The notes beneath the pieces were generated by a model, which was given only the letters and a program-made list of their open reading frames with translations, searched no databases and was not told the origin of the DNA. Positions 1-10,305 of a stretch of DNA of 48,271 bases are shown here, in pieces. Each line of letters opens with the position of its first letter. Positions within the stretch are counted from its first letter, which is position 1. The stretch lies in assembly GCA_016214745.1 (NCBI GenBank), contig JACRNW010000002.1, positions 1-48,271 on the forward strand. Direction: 5' to 3'. The position numbers and the translations under genes are program-made. The DNA is from Candidatus Falkowbacteria bacterium. GTDB lineage: Bacteria > Patescibacteriota > Patescibacteriia > XYB2-FULL-38-15.

Positions 1-805
1 CGCGCCGAAGGGAAAGGTCTTGGGAATTGATCTTGATCCGCGGGCGATTAAAATCGCGAAGTCAAGAATCGGAAATGCGGATAGGTTGGTCGCGGTGCAA
101 GGAAACTATAAAGACTTGAAAAATATTGTTCTTCAAAAAGATTTTAAAAATATTTCAGGCATCTTGATTGATCTCGGATTTTCTTCCATGGAAATCGCGG
201 ATCCTAAAAAAGGTTTTTCTTTTCAAATTGATGCGCCGCTCGATATGCGCTATGGCGAAGAAGGGGAGACGGCGGCGGATATTTTAAATCGAAGCAGGGA
301 ACAGGAGCTCGAAAGAATTTTCCGCGAATACGGCGAAGAGAAGTTTCCCGGAAGAATCGCCAGAAAAATTTGCGAAATTAGAAAAGATAATCCGATAGAC
401 ACGACTTTCAAATTAGTAGACGCGATTGCCGAAGTAGTTCCTAAAAAATTTCAGTTTGGCAGAGTCCATTTTGCCACAAAAGTTTTTCAGGCTCTTCGCA
501 TTGCCGTAAACCATGAACTTGAAAATTTAACCGAAGTTTTGCCGCAAGCGATTCGAATTCTTCCGCCGGGCGGACGGCTCGCGATAATTTCGTTTCATTC
601 TCTGGAAGACAGAATTGTTAAACAATATTTTAAAAAAGAATCAACCGATTGCGTTTGTCCAAAAAGCATTCCGGTCTGCAGCTGCGGCCACAAAGCGATT
701 TTAAAAATTTTAAATAAAAAACCAATAGTACCCAGTGAGGAGGAGGCAACCAATAATCCCAGGTCTCGGAGCGCGAAGCTTCGAGTCGCTGAGAAATTGA
801 AGTAA
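1..805 (+). CDS. rsmH: 16S rRNA m4C1402 methyltransferase (5'-truncated by window edge)
   Basis: Motifs DLGFSS, PLDMR, YGEE, FQALRIAVN, ISFHSLEDRIVK, NPRSRSAKLR. Confidence 0.97.
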   Translation, partial: APKGKVLGIDLDPRAIKIAKSRIGNADRLVAVQGNYKDLKNIVLQKDFKNISGILIDLGFSSMEIADPKKGFSFQIDAPLDMRYGEEGETAADILNRSREQELERIFREYGEEKFPGRIARKICEIRKDNPIDTTFKLVDAIAEVVPKKFQFGRVHFATKVFQALRIAVNHELENLTEVLPQAIRILPPGGRLAIISFHSLEDRIVKQYFKKESTDCVCPKSIPVCSCGHKAILKILNKKPIVPSEEEATNNPRSRSAKLRVAEKLK

Positions 806-819
806 GCCGAAAGTCATTT

Positions 820-1185
820 ATGTCAAAATTTCTGGCACTGATCCAAAACAAAAACAAAAAAGAACGGGCTGACGACGTTAGGCCTCGTTCCTGGTATAGA
901 TTTTTCATAAACGTCAAAACTTTTAATATTTTGATTTTGGCGTCAATTTGTTTTTTTGGCGCGCTTTACCTCGCCCAAATTAACAGCATGGCAATTAAGG
1001 GTTTTGAGATTAAAGATCTTGAGGACAAGCAATCCGCGCTTAAAGAAAATATCAGAAAAGTGGAGTTCCAAGTTGCGGAAATGCAGTCAACCGCGAAAAT
1101 TCAGGAGAGAATCAATAGTTTGAGCATGGTTAGCGTGGCGAAAGTTGATTACGCGAAAACGAGCGGAACGGTCGCCGTCAAATAG
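820..1185 (+). CDS. FtsL-like cell division protein (one TM helix plus coiled coil)
   Basis: Directly after rsmH; basic N-terminus, TM helix, heptad coiled coil. Confidence 0.7.
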   Translation: MSKFLALIQNKNKKERADDVRPRSWYRFFINVKTFNILILASICFFGALYLAQINSMAIKGFEIKDLEDKQSALKENIRKVEFQVAEMQSTAKIQERINSLSMVSVAKVDYAKTSGTVAVK

Positions 1186-1202
1186 AAATGAGCCGCATAA
1201 AA

Positions 1203-1293
1203 CCAGCATCTGCGTTTATCGGCGTATAGATCTGCGTGCTTCTGCGGAACGTCCCGCCGATTGGCGCAGATTCAAACGCAGAATAACGCTGAA
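1203..1293. repeat. Degenerate short tandem units (TCTGCG / CGCAGA) in inverted arrangement
   Basis: atctgcgtttatcggcgtatagatctgcgtgcttctgcgg ... cgcagattcaaacgcagaataacgctga. Confidence 0.55.
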
Positions 1294-1539
1294 AATAAAT
1301 CTGTACGTATTAGCATTATAAATATTTCGCAGTTTTTCCGGAGGTAGTGTCAAAGAATTAACCCTTTGGCAAACTCTGATAAAAACTGCGAGCTAACGGC
1401 TTCTTCTTACCTTTGTTCAAGGATGAAGAAGCTGTTTTTGTTTTGGGGAAAGATGCTTTACAATGTATATAAATATATAGTACTATTAAAATGTACTAAT
1501 CTATATGACAACCAGTTGGGCAAAATAATAAATAATTTT

Positions 1540-1668
1540 ATGTATGCATTATTGCTTCTTGCAATTGCAATTTTAATTTTTGTTGGGTTATTTGTTATTC
1601 ATCCTCTTTTGGGATTAATTGTGTTGCTCATAATTATAGCAATTGTCTGGGGTGTTTTTAGAAATTAA
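1540..1668 (+). CDS. Small hydrophobic membrane protein (42 aa)
   Basis: MYALLLLAIAILIFVGLFVIHPLLGLIVLLIIIAIVWGVFRN, ending 7 nt before the next start. Confidence 0.55.
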   Translation: MYALLLLAIAILIFVGLFVIHPLLGLIVLLIIIAIVWGVFRN

Positions 1669-1675
1669 AAATAGT

Positions 1676-2572
1676 ATGTCTCGTAATAATTTTAAAAAAA
1701 TCTTATTTCTAATTTACTCCGTTTTGATTGTTATAGTTCCGTTACGAGTTTTTGCAACTTCAGGCGCCTGCTCCTACCATGGTGGGGTGGATTGTAGTGC
1801 CGGTCCATTGGTAGGCGGAGGAGTTATTTGTAATGATGGATGGAGCGATAGTTCTGTGAATTATTATGATACTTATATCTGCGGCGGAACAGATCCGAGA
1901 ATGCAAACTCTAAGTAAAGCGTGCAGTGGACTAAATCCGAATGACTATCCAGATTACAGTAAATTACAAATACAGCTTCAAACGGATTGTATGGAAAATA
2001 TGTGTCCTACCACACCATGTGCAAATTCCGTAGAATTTATAAATGGTCTCAATAATTGTATAGGAACATCAAAGGACGAAGCATATGTGCAAGTACTAAA
2101 TAAATGTACTGAACTTAAATTAAATCAAATTTGTCCTGAAAATTCAACATATCAAAGTACGGACAACTTATGTCATTGCAACGAAGGGTTTTTTATTAAT
2201 GATAATAAATGCGTTAAAAATACTTGTCCAGATAATTCTTTTTTATGGGAAAATGTTGTTAATCTGAAGGAAGATAAAGATTCATTTCTCTTAACTAACA
2301 ACGATAAATGTGTTTGCGTATCAGGATATGTAAATTATAAGCATCAATGTATAAAAGAATCAGAGGTACCAAAACCCGCGTACACTCCGCCGCCAGCGCC
2401 TGCTCCGACGAAGATTATTGCGCCAGTGGCAAATACTGATACGATACACACAGAAGATACTAACCAGCCAATTCAAGATATACAAAATCAGACTTTTGTA
2501 GAAGACCCCATAGTTAAAAAATTACCTTGGTGGCAAAGATTATGGGAGTGGTTTAAGAGTTTATTTAGATAG
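1676..2572 (+). CDS. Secreted cysteine-rich protein with EGF-like repeats, Pro-rich linker and amphipathic C-terminal tail
   Basis: Signal peptide ending VFA; GACSYHGGVDC; CPENS...CHCNEGF and CPDNS...CVCVSGY; ends PWWQRLWEWFKSLFR. Confidence 0.8.
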   Translation: MSRNNFKKILFLIYSVLIVIVPLRVFATSGACSYHGGVDCSAGPLVGGGVICNDGWSDSSVNYYDTYICGGTDPRMQTLSKACSGLNPNDYPDYSKLQIQLQTDCMENMCPTTPCANSVEFINGLNNCIGTSKDEAYVQVLNKCTELKLNQICPENSTYQSTDNLCHCNEGFFINDNKCVKNTCPDNSFLWENVVNLKEDKDSFLLTNNDKCVCVSGYVNYKHQCIKESEVPKPAYTPPPAPAPTKIIAPVANTDTIHTEDTNQPIQDIQNQTFVEDPIVKKLPWWQRLWEWFKSLFR

Positions 2573-2586
2573 AAAAGTTTTAAATA

Positions 2587-2615
2587 TTGACAAAACTTTA
2601 GTTTTTTGATAGTAT
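2587..2615 (+). promoter_or_regulatory. Sigma70 promoter of hicB-hicA
   Basis: TTGACA-17 bp-TAGTAT with extended TG. Confidence 0.7.
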
Positions 2616-2663
2616 AAAAATATGTTAAATATATTGTTTAATTTGTTGAAAAGGGGAGAGATT

Positions 2664-2969
2664 ATGTCAGAGGCTTTGATAGCCTACAAATATCGCTTCC
2701 CCGAACATTTAGAAATCTCTATTAAAAAATCCGAAGACGGAGGTTATATTGCTTTTGTAGATAATTTACCTGGTTGTATGACTCAGGCCGAGACGAGTCA
2801 AGAGCTTTTTGAAACGGTTCATGATGCCGTCTACACTTACCTCAAAATTCCTAAGCATTACAAAATTTATATGCCAACCTTTTTCCCTCCCGAAGAATGG
2901 CGGAAAGAAATGGGCATAAAGATACCAAACAAATACCTTGAAGGAAAATTGATGTTGCAACAAAGATAA
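2664..2969 (+). CDS. hicB: HicB-family antitoxin (alternative start 2622)
   Basis: EDGGYIAFVDNLPGCMTQAETSQELFETVHDA is the HicB N-terminal signature; GGGGAG before the ATG. Confidence 0.8.
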   Translation: MSEALIAYKYRFPEHLEISIKKSEDGGYIAFVDNLPGCMTQAETSQELFETVHDAVYTYLKIPKHYKIYMPTFFPPEEWRKEMGIKIPNKYLEGKLMLQQR

Positions 2970-3202
2970 TGAGTGATTTTTTCTTTCCATGTAAACGGAG
3001 AAAAATAATGAGAGCTCTAAAAAAATTAGGGTTCTGCCTTGAAGAGGGTTCAAAACATGCGTTAGCGGAGTGTATTCCAAATGGAAAAAAGACGACTATA
3101 CCAAGACAAAGGGAAATAAAAAGGGAAATTGTTAATAGTATAGCGTCGTTCTTGTTAGATAAGGATGTTGAGAAGGAACAATTACTTAAATTACTTAGAT
3201 AA
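2969..3202 (+). CDS. hicA: HicA-family toxin (mRNA interferase)
   Basis: 77 aa, basic; ALKKLGF...GSKH...TTIP; TAATG overlap with hicB. Confidence 0.75.
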   Translation: MSDFFFPCKRRKIMRALKKLGFCLEEGSKHALAECIPNGKKTTIPRQREIKREIVNSIASFLLDKDVEKEQLLKLLR

Positions 3203-3217
3203 AAAATTTGATTATAC

Positions 3218-4378
<1,161 letters not shown>

Positions 4379-4419
4379 ATAGTGCCCATAATTTAGTTTT
4401 TGTGGTAAAATAAACTAAT

Positions 4420-4791
4420 ATGGCCCAAAAGGTCACAGGCGGTTTAATAAGAGATGTTTTTCTGGACACTATCCGGGAGATTTTGTATTTTCCGGTTTGG
4501 TGGTATACCCGCGGACTTCTCCGGGCGGGAAGTTTTTCTTGGCAGAGAATAAAAAATATGGAGCTGCGCCTGGGCGTTAAAGTTTGGGTCGTGAATATTT
4601 TTAAACCGATGTTTGGCCAGCGTGATATCGCAGGAGTGCTCATAAGTTTCTTTATGAGAATTTTCCAGATAATCGGCCGGACACTGGTTTTAATTTTATG
4701 GACCCTGGTAATGATTCTTGTATTTTTTATCTGGATTATTTTGCCGATTTTAGTGATTTTGGGAATTATTTTAAATTTAGCGGCGGCGTAA
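4420..4791 (+). CDS. Hypothetical membrane protein
   Basis: FPVWWY motif, long C-terminal hydrophobic helix; lies upstream of the Clp ATPase. Confidence 0.75.
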   Translation: MAQKVTGGLIRDVFLDTIREILYFPVWWYTRGLLRAGSFSWQRIKNMELRLGVKVWVVNIFKPMFGQRDIAGVLISFFMRIFQIIGRTLVLILWTLVMILVFFIWIILPILVILGIILNLAAA

Positions 4792-4882
4792 GTTAAAAGT
4801 TAAAAATGTAAAGTGTGAAGTTACAATTCAAAGTTCAAAGTCAACAACTTTTAATTTTTCACTGCAACTTTTCACTTTTATT
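4790..4882. repeat. Degenerate heptamer array (AAAGTTA-like) followed by its inverted complement
   Basis: aagttaaaagttaaaaatgtaaagtgtgaagttacaattcaaagttcaaag ... acttttaatttttcactgcaacttttcactttt. Confidence 0.6.
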
Positions 4883-4885
4883 TGT

Positions 4886-7657
4886 ATGACGGTCGAAAAA
4901 AATAATAACTTATTAATCTGTCCTGCCTGCGGCGGAAAGGGAAAAGTGGGGGCCGGAAAATGTCTGGCATGTCAGGGATATGGCGCTGGCCTTTGGCGCG
5001 CCGGCAGATTTTTGTATTGGAATAGGGCAATCAGCGGCCGTGAACTGCAAAGAGGGAAAATAGAAAGATTTTTAAGAGTTATTTTCGCCGGAGCGACTTT
5101 TCTTTTTGGTTTTGGAGCTTTGGCGTTTTTAGTCTGGCGCGTTTCGGAAATTGGCTTCATTTCAATTTTTAATTTCTCATTTTGGATTTCCGGCAATTTG
5201 GCCGTAACTTTATTTTTAATTTCTCTCATCGGCGATTTTTATTTGATTTATCGTTTTTCGGAAGAGCAGGCGGCCAAAGGCAGAGTGGAAAAGCGTGGAT
5301 ATGAAGAAAAAACCAGTGAAAAGATAAAAACGGCGCCGATGCAGGAGATTACCGACTGGATGGCGGTTCGGCAACTGTCGGCTAAAGAAAAAATTGACGT
5401 AGCGAAAACTTTAAGCCCCGAAGCCGAGCACGCGCTCGTTGACGCCTGGAAAGCGGCTCTGAAGTTTGGCCATCGCGAAGTTACGCCGCTCCATATTTTT
5501 GGCGCGCTTCTTTTTTTCGGAAAAGCGGCCGTGGTTTTTGGCCGGCTGGGCATTAGTTTAAAAAATTTACAGGAAAAAATTATTAAACAGCTCTCGGCGC
5601 TCCCGATTGATTTGCCGGAACGGGGAGAACCAGCGATTTCCTCGGCGGCGATTTTGGTTTTCCTTGACGCGTATTCTTTGGCTTACGAATCCCGCCGCGA
5701 GCAGATTGATATTGCCGAACTTATTTTAGCCACGGCGCGGGCCGAGGCGATTGTGGAAGAAGTTTTGTATTCTCTGGAAGTTGATTTAAATAAATTACAA
5801 AATGTGGTGGAGTGGCTTAAGATTTCCGAACTTTTGAGAAAAAAATGGAAAGAATCGCGGGCCCTGGCGCGGCTCCGGCCGGGCGGAACAATGTCCCGAG
5901 CCATGACAGCTATGGCTACGCCGTATCTTGACCAATTTAGCCGAGATTTAACTTTGATGGCCAAGTACGCGTATCTCGCGCCGTGCATTGGCCGGGAAAA
6001 AGAAACGGACGAAATTTTGCGGATTATTGAAGGCGGGCGGCAAAGCGTGATTTTGGTCGGCAATCCCGGCGTCGGGAAAAATACGATTGTTGAAGGTTTG
6101 GCGGAACGGATGCTTGAGGAAGACGTGCCAAAAATTTTACAGGATAAAAGATTAATCAGTTTAAATGTCGGCCAGCTCGTGGCCGGAGCGTCGCCGGCTG
6201 ATGCCCAGGAACGGCTTTTGATAATTTGCAGTGAAATTGCCCGGGCCGGCAATATTGTTCTTTATATTCCGGATATTGAAGGATTAATCGGCATCACCTC
6301 CGGCGCGGAAGAAAGCGTTGATCTCTCGCGCGTCTTGGCCGACGAACTTGGCAAAGGATATTTTTTCGTCTTGGCCACGGCAACGCTCGGAAACTGGAGC
6401 CGGCACATTGAATCGTCAACTCTTGGAAATGTTTTACAAAAAATTGAAGTCAAGGAACCGGAAATAAACGAGGCCATCCAAATTTTGGAAGCCAAAGCGG
6501 GCGGCGTTGAATATCAGAATAAAATAATTTTTTCTTACAGCGCTCTGGAAAAAGCAGTCACTTTGTCCGACAGATATTTGCACGAAAGATTTTTGCCGGA
6601 AAAAGCCATTGAAATTTTACGCGAAGCGGCTCATTACACGCGAAGCAAAAAGGGTGAGGACGCGATTGTGGGCGGCGAAGACGTAGCCGAAGTCGTGGCG
6701 CAAAAAACAAAGATTCCGGTGACGGCTGTAACCGAAGGCGAAACTGAAAAACTTTTGCGGCTTGAAGAAGTGATGCACCACCGCGTTATCGGCCAGGATG
6801 AAGCGGTGAAAATGGTGGCCGCCGCGCTCCGGCGGGCGAGAGCCGAACTTCGCGAAGGCAAGCGGCCGATTGCAAATTTCTTGTTTTTAGGGCCGACCGG
6901 CGTTGGTAAAACCGAAACCGCAAAAACCGTGGCTGAAGTTTATTTTGGCAGCGAAGAAAATATGATTCGCCTTGATATGTCAGAATATCAAGATCAGGCG
7001 AGTATTTATAAATTAATCGGCGCGCCGGCCGGAGGATCTCCTGGATTTCTAACCGAGGCGGTGCGGAAAAGTCCTTTTACTCTTTTGCTTCTGGACGAAA
7101 TTGAAAAAGCTCATCCGGATATTTTAAATGTTTTTCTGCAAGTGATGGACGACGGCCGCCTGACCGATAACCAGGGGAGAACAATTGATTTCACAAGCGT
7201 TATTTTGATTGCCACTTCAAACGCCGGGTCACCGGCAATTCAAGACGGGATTCGGCAGGGTTTGGGAATTGAAGCGGTTAAAGATCGTTTAATAAATATA
7301 GATTTAAAACCGTATTTCCGCCCGGAATTTTTAAACCGTTTTGACGGAGTGATTGTTTACAAACCGCTCGCGGAAAATGAAATTGAAACGATTGCCGGTT
7401 TGATGCTTGACAAAATTGCTAAACAATTGGAAAATAAACACGGAATTGTTTTTGAAGCGACTCCCGAGGCCGTCGCGGAACTCGCTAAAGCAGGCTTTGA
7501 TCCGGTTTTTGGCGCGAGACCTCTCCGCCGCGTGATTCAGGAAAAAGTGGAAGATGGTTTGGCTAATTTGCTTTTAACAAAACAAGTCGGCCGGCGGGAC
7601 AAAATTATTCTTGAAGCCGGCGGAAATTTTAGAGTGGAGAAGGCGAGGGAGTTGTAG
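4886..7657 (+). CDS. ClpA/B/C-family AAA+ ATPase with N-terminal Zn finger and two TM helices
   Basis: CPACGGKG/CLACQGYG, two hydrophobic helices, Clp-N domain, GNPGVGKN, GPTGVGKT, RLDMSEY, LLDEIEKAHP, GARPLRR. Confidence 0.92.
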   Translation: MTVEKNNNLLICPACGGKGKVGAGKCLACQGYGAGLWRAGRFLYWNRAISGRELQRGKIERFLRVIFAGATFLFGFGALAFLVWRVSEIGFISIFNFSFWISGNLAVTLFLISLIGDFYLIYRFSEEQAAKGRVEKRGYEEKTSEKIKTAPMQEITDWMAVRQLSAKEKIDVAKTLSPEAEHALVDAWKAALKFGHREVTPLHIFGALLFFGKAAVVFGRLGISLKNLQEKIIKQLSALPIDLPERGEPAISSAAILVFLDAYSLAYESRREQIDIAELILATARAEAIVEEVLYSLEVDLNKLQNVVEWLKISELLRKKWKESRALARLRPGGTMSRAMTAMATPYLDQFSRDLTLMAKYAYLAPCIGREKETDEILRIIEGGRQSVILVGNPGVGKNTIVEGLAERMLEEDVPKILQDKRLISLNVGQLVAGASPADAQERLLIICSEIARAGNIVLYIPDIEGLIGITSGAEESVDLSRVLADELGKGYFFVLATATLGNWSRHIESSTLGNVLQKIEVKEPEINEAIQILEAKAGGVEYQNKIIFSYSALEKAVTLSDRYLHERFLPEKAIEILREAAHYTRSKKGEDAIVGGEDVAEVVAQKTKIPVTAVTEGETEKLLRLEEVMHHRVIGQDEAVKMVAAALRRARAELREGKRPIANFLFLGPTGVGKTETAKTVAEVYFGSEENMIRLDMSEYQDQASIYKLIGAPAGGSPGFLTEAVRKSPFTLLLLDEIEKAHPDILNVFLQVMDDGRLTDNQGRTIDFTSVILIATSNAGSPAIQDGIRQGLGIEAVKDRLINIDLKPYFRPEFLNRFDGVIVYKPLAENEIETIAGLMLDKIAKQLENKHGIVFEATPEAVAELAKAGFDPVFGARPLRRVIQEKVEDGLANLLLTKQVGRRDKIILEAGGNFRVEKAREL

Positions 7658-7671
7658 TTTAAAAATTAGTT

Positions 7672-8757
7672 ATGTACTTTATCCCTTTTATCGTCACATT
7701 TTTGTTGGCGGTTTTTTTGACCGGGCTCGTCCTTCGGCTGGCTTTAAGATATAAAATTGTTGACGAGCCGACTGAACCGAGAAAAATTCATAAAAAGCCA
7801 ATGCCGCTTTTTGGAGGCTTCGCGATTTTTTTATCATTTTTCGGAATCCTGGCTTATTACATTTTTTTTACGGACAAAATTTTAGGTAGTGAAATTGTCG
7901 TGAAAAATTTAATCGGCGTGTTTTTGGGCGGCGCGCTTTTAATGGTCGGCGGATTTTTAGATGATAAATATAAATTGGCGCCAAAGTATCAAATCATTTG
8001 GCCGATTGCGGCGGTGATTGCTGTAATTGTAAGCGGCGTCGGGATAGATCAAGTTACAAATCCTTTCGGCGGACTTTTGCATCTTGATTCCTGGCAGAAA
8101 ATTATTTTTTGGTGGCAGGGCATTCCATATAAAATTACGATTCTCGCCGACCTTTTCACTTTTGTTTGGTTAATGGGAATGATGTACACGACGAAATTTT
8201 TGGACGGCTTGGACGGTTTGGTTTCCGGAGTTTCAACCATCGGCGCGGTAATAATTTTCTTTGTGAGTTTAATGGCCGAAGTCGCCCAGCCGGGCACGGC
8301 CATGCTTGCAATAATTTTCGCCGGAGCTTGCGCGGGATTTTTGGTTTGGAATTTTAATCCGGCGAAGATTTTTTTGGGTGAGGGCGGAAGCTTATTTACG
8401 GGATTTATTTTGGGAGTTTTGTCCATTATTGCCGGAGGTAAAATCGCGACCACACTTTTGATTATGGGTTTGCCGATTTTAGACGCCGCGATTGTCATTT
8501 TGCGGCGGCTAATTTCCCGGCCGAAAAGTTTGGTTTTGGCCGACCAAAAACATCTGCATTTTCGACTGCTCGACGCCGGAATGACCCAGCGCCAGGCCGT
8601 GCTTTCCTTGTATTTTGTCACCATGGCTTTTGGTACCTCAACTCTAATTTTAAAATCAGAAGGAAAGTTGTTTGCTCTTGTGACCCTGGCGGTTTTGGGC
8701 GTGCTTTGGATAGTGGTCCTGATAAAAGGCCGCCATAATGAGCAGAAAATAGAATAA
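7672..8757 (+). CDS. MraY/WecA/TagO-family polyprenyl-phosphate GlcNAc-1-P transferase
   Basis: RKIH..P.PLFGG, GFLDD, LDGLDGL, NFNPAKIFLG, DQKHLHFRLL; polytopic. Confidence 0.92.
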   Translation: MYFIPFIVTFLLAVFLTGLVLRLALRYKIVDEPTEPRKIHKKPMPLFGGFAIFLSFFGILAYYIFFTDKILGSEIVVKNLIGVFLGGALLMVGGFLDDKYKLAPKYQIIWPIAAVIAVIVSGVGIDQVTNPFGGLLHLDSWQKIIFWWQGIPYKITILADLFTFVWLMGMMYTTKFLDGLDGLVSGVSTIGAVIIFFVSLMAEVAQPGTAMLAIIFAGACAGFLVWNFNPAKIFLGEGGSLFTGFILGVLSIIAGGKIATTLLIMGLPILDAAIVILRRLISRPKSLVLADQKHLHFRLLDAGMTQRQAVLSLYFVTMAFGTSTLILKSEGKLFALVTLAVLGVLWIVVLIKGRHNEQKIE

Positions 8758-8764
8758 ATAAATT

Positions 8765-9197
8765 CCCCTCTTAAGGTAAGAGGGGTTAGGGGAGTTATGA
8801 ATCATTTTTATAATGACCCAGTGATAAAATCACGAAGGCGCAATTTGCGGAAAAATCAGACTGATACGGAAAGAAAGTTATGGAGCGTATTACGCGCCAA
8901 GCAGATAAATGGTTTAAAATTTTTTCGTCAGTATGGAGTTGGTCCATATATTTTAGATTTTTATTGTCCAAAATATAGATTAGCAATAGAACTGGATGGC
9001 AGTCAGCACGGCGAACCCATTAATAGGCAACGAGACGAGAAGAGGGAAGAGTATTTAAAGGGTCAGGATATTAATATTTTAAGGTTTTGGAACAATGAAG
9101 TCTTAAATAATTTTGAAGGAGTGGAAGAGAGGTTAATGGATGAAATTAAGCGGCTTTCATAACTCCTCCTAACCTCCCCTTACCTTAAGGGGAGGGG
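8765..9197. mobile_element. DUF559 gene bracketed by ~36-41 bp inverted palindromic repeats (REP/MITE-like unit)
   Basis: 8765-8800 cccctcttaaggtaagaggggttaggggagttatga; 9157-9197 tcataactcctcctaacctccccttaccttaaggggagggg is its near reverse complement. Confidence 0.7.
8797..9162 (+). CDS. DUF559 / Vsr-like endonuclease domain protein
   Basis: LRKNQTDTERKLW, KFFRQY, YILDFYC, IELDGSQH, LRFWN. Confidence 0.92.
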   Translation: MNHFYNDPVIKSRRRNLRKNQTDTERKLWSVLRAKQINGLKFFRQYGVGPYILDFYCPKYRLAIELDGSQHGEPINRQRDEKREEYLKGQDINILRFWNNEVLNNFEGVEERLMDEIKRLS

Positions 9198-9240
9198 TAA
9201 ATTTGGCTAATATTAGAGAAAATATTGCAATAAGGTATAA

Positions 9241-9287
9241 ATAATCTGTCAAAAGCCCTTGACAGATTGTTGTTTTTATGGTATTAT
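9241..9287 (+). promoter_or_regulatory. Sigma70 promoter of the GC-rich island, with an inverted repeat over the -35
   Basis: TTGACA(9259)-17 bp-TATTAT with TG; aatctgtcaa-aagccc-ttgacagatt palindrome. Confidence 0.7.
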
Positions 9288-9377
9288 AAAGTGTTGACAA
9301 TAAGATAAGTTGGTTTGAGAGAGACCCCCGCTTAGCGGGGGAAACCACCCTGAATTATTTTTATAAATAATTTAATT

Positions 9378-9408
9378 ACGGGCGGATTCTCTCCGCCCGT
9401 TTTTGTTT
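9378..9408 (+). terminator. Intrinsic terminator / attenuator in the island leader
   Basis: acgggcgga-ttctc-tccgcccgt followed by ttttgttt. Confidence 0.7.
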
Positions 9409-9573
9409 GTCTAAATGACTTGAGGCGGCGAAGATTCGTCGATTCAAGCTAGGGTAGAAGCGCAAGTTTCTGCCCGAAGGAAGGAGCCCCAAACCGCACG
9501 GTGCGGAGAGAGGGGACAAGAGTTCATTGACTTCCCTGCAGAAATGCGGGGCAAAAGAAGGGAAGGGGAAAGA

Positions 9574-10011
9574 ATGAAGGCGTACTTTTTCGTGATGGTG
9601 GGGTGTCTGATTCTGGGCGTGCTCGTAATGTTCGCGTTCGTGTTGTTCGGTGATCAGCCGGTTTCCGACGTGGGCAAACCCGCGGTCGTGGACGAGCCGG
9701 CCGGGACGAAGAACATCCCGCAGCCGGAGGAAGTGGCCGAGTGCCACGCCGATTCGGACTGCGAGATCGGTCTGGAGTGCTTCCGTGGCCAGTGCAGCTA
9801 CCCGTGCAGGGGCGCCTTGATGTGCCCCGTGGGGATGGTCTGCTCGGCCACCAGGTACTGCGAGGGCCATCCGGCCTGTCCGGACTACGGCCCGGAGATC
9901 TGCGACGGCCTCGACAACGACTGTGACGGTGTGATCGACGAGGAGGTTTGTCCGGGTCCTGTCGAGAGGTTGTTCTTAAACCCTGCGTCCCCATTCTGGA
10001 TTGGGCCATAA
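9574..10011 (+). CDS. Membrane-anchored Cys-rich protein with a putative metal-binding repeat (EICDGLDNDCDGVIDE)
   Basis: N-terminal TM helix, CxxDxDC Cys modules, MopE-like repeat; purine-rich SD region; GC-rich codons. Confidence 0.85.
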   Translation: MKAYFFVMVGCLILGVLVMFAFVLFGDQPVSDVGKPAVVDEPAGTKNIPQPEEVAECHADSDCEIGLECFRGQCSYPCRGALMCPVGMVCSATRYCEGHPACPDYGPEICDGLDNDCDGVIDEEVCPGPVERLFLNPASPFWIGP

Positions 10012-10022
10012 ATGACAATCCA

Positions 10023-10290
10023 CCTTCCAAACGTCCTGGCTTCTAAAAGTATGCCAGGAAAGTTCAACCGTCAGGTTGAGCGCTTGCTAGAGTTTTGCGA
10101 AATCACGCAGCGATGCGTGGCAAGCAGCTTCAGCGAGTCAGGGAGCGGAACCCATCACAATGAGTTCCGCCCTTTTCCGAGACCGCCACCCAAAAAGGTG
10201 ACGGACTCAGAGAAGGAAGTTTCCCGGCCGCGAATTATCGCGTGTCCGGGGCAAAGTTCATTGACTTTCGCCGAAAGGCGGACAAAAGAA
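10023..10290 (+). ncRNA. Putative structured RNA element, copy 1 (unknown family)
   Basis: Multi-hairpin intergenic sequence repeated at 10884 and 12544 with compensatory changes. Confidence 0.7.
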
Positions 10291-10305
10291 GGAAGGGAGA
10301 CAGAG

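Noticed and set aside
1366-1539. N-terminal part of the 100-aa ORF at 1366
   Set aside because: AT-rich promoter-like DNA with a TTG start; only the hydrophobic 42-aa end looks coding.
10135-10180. T-box riboswitch (GCGGAACC resembles GTGGNACC, followed by hairpin and U run)
   Set aside because: The UGGN bulge is absent, no stem I specifier motifs are recognisable, and downstream genes are not amino-acid related.
10012-10305. 98-codon in-frame N-terminal extension of the lipoprotein, running through RNA element copy 1
   Set aside because: The signal peptide and SD point to ATG 10306, and copy 2 has indels and does not keep an equivalent full-length frame.
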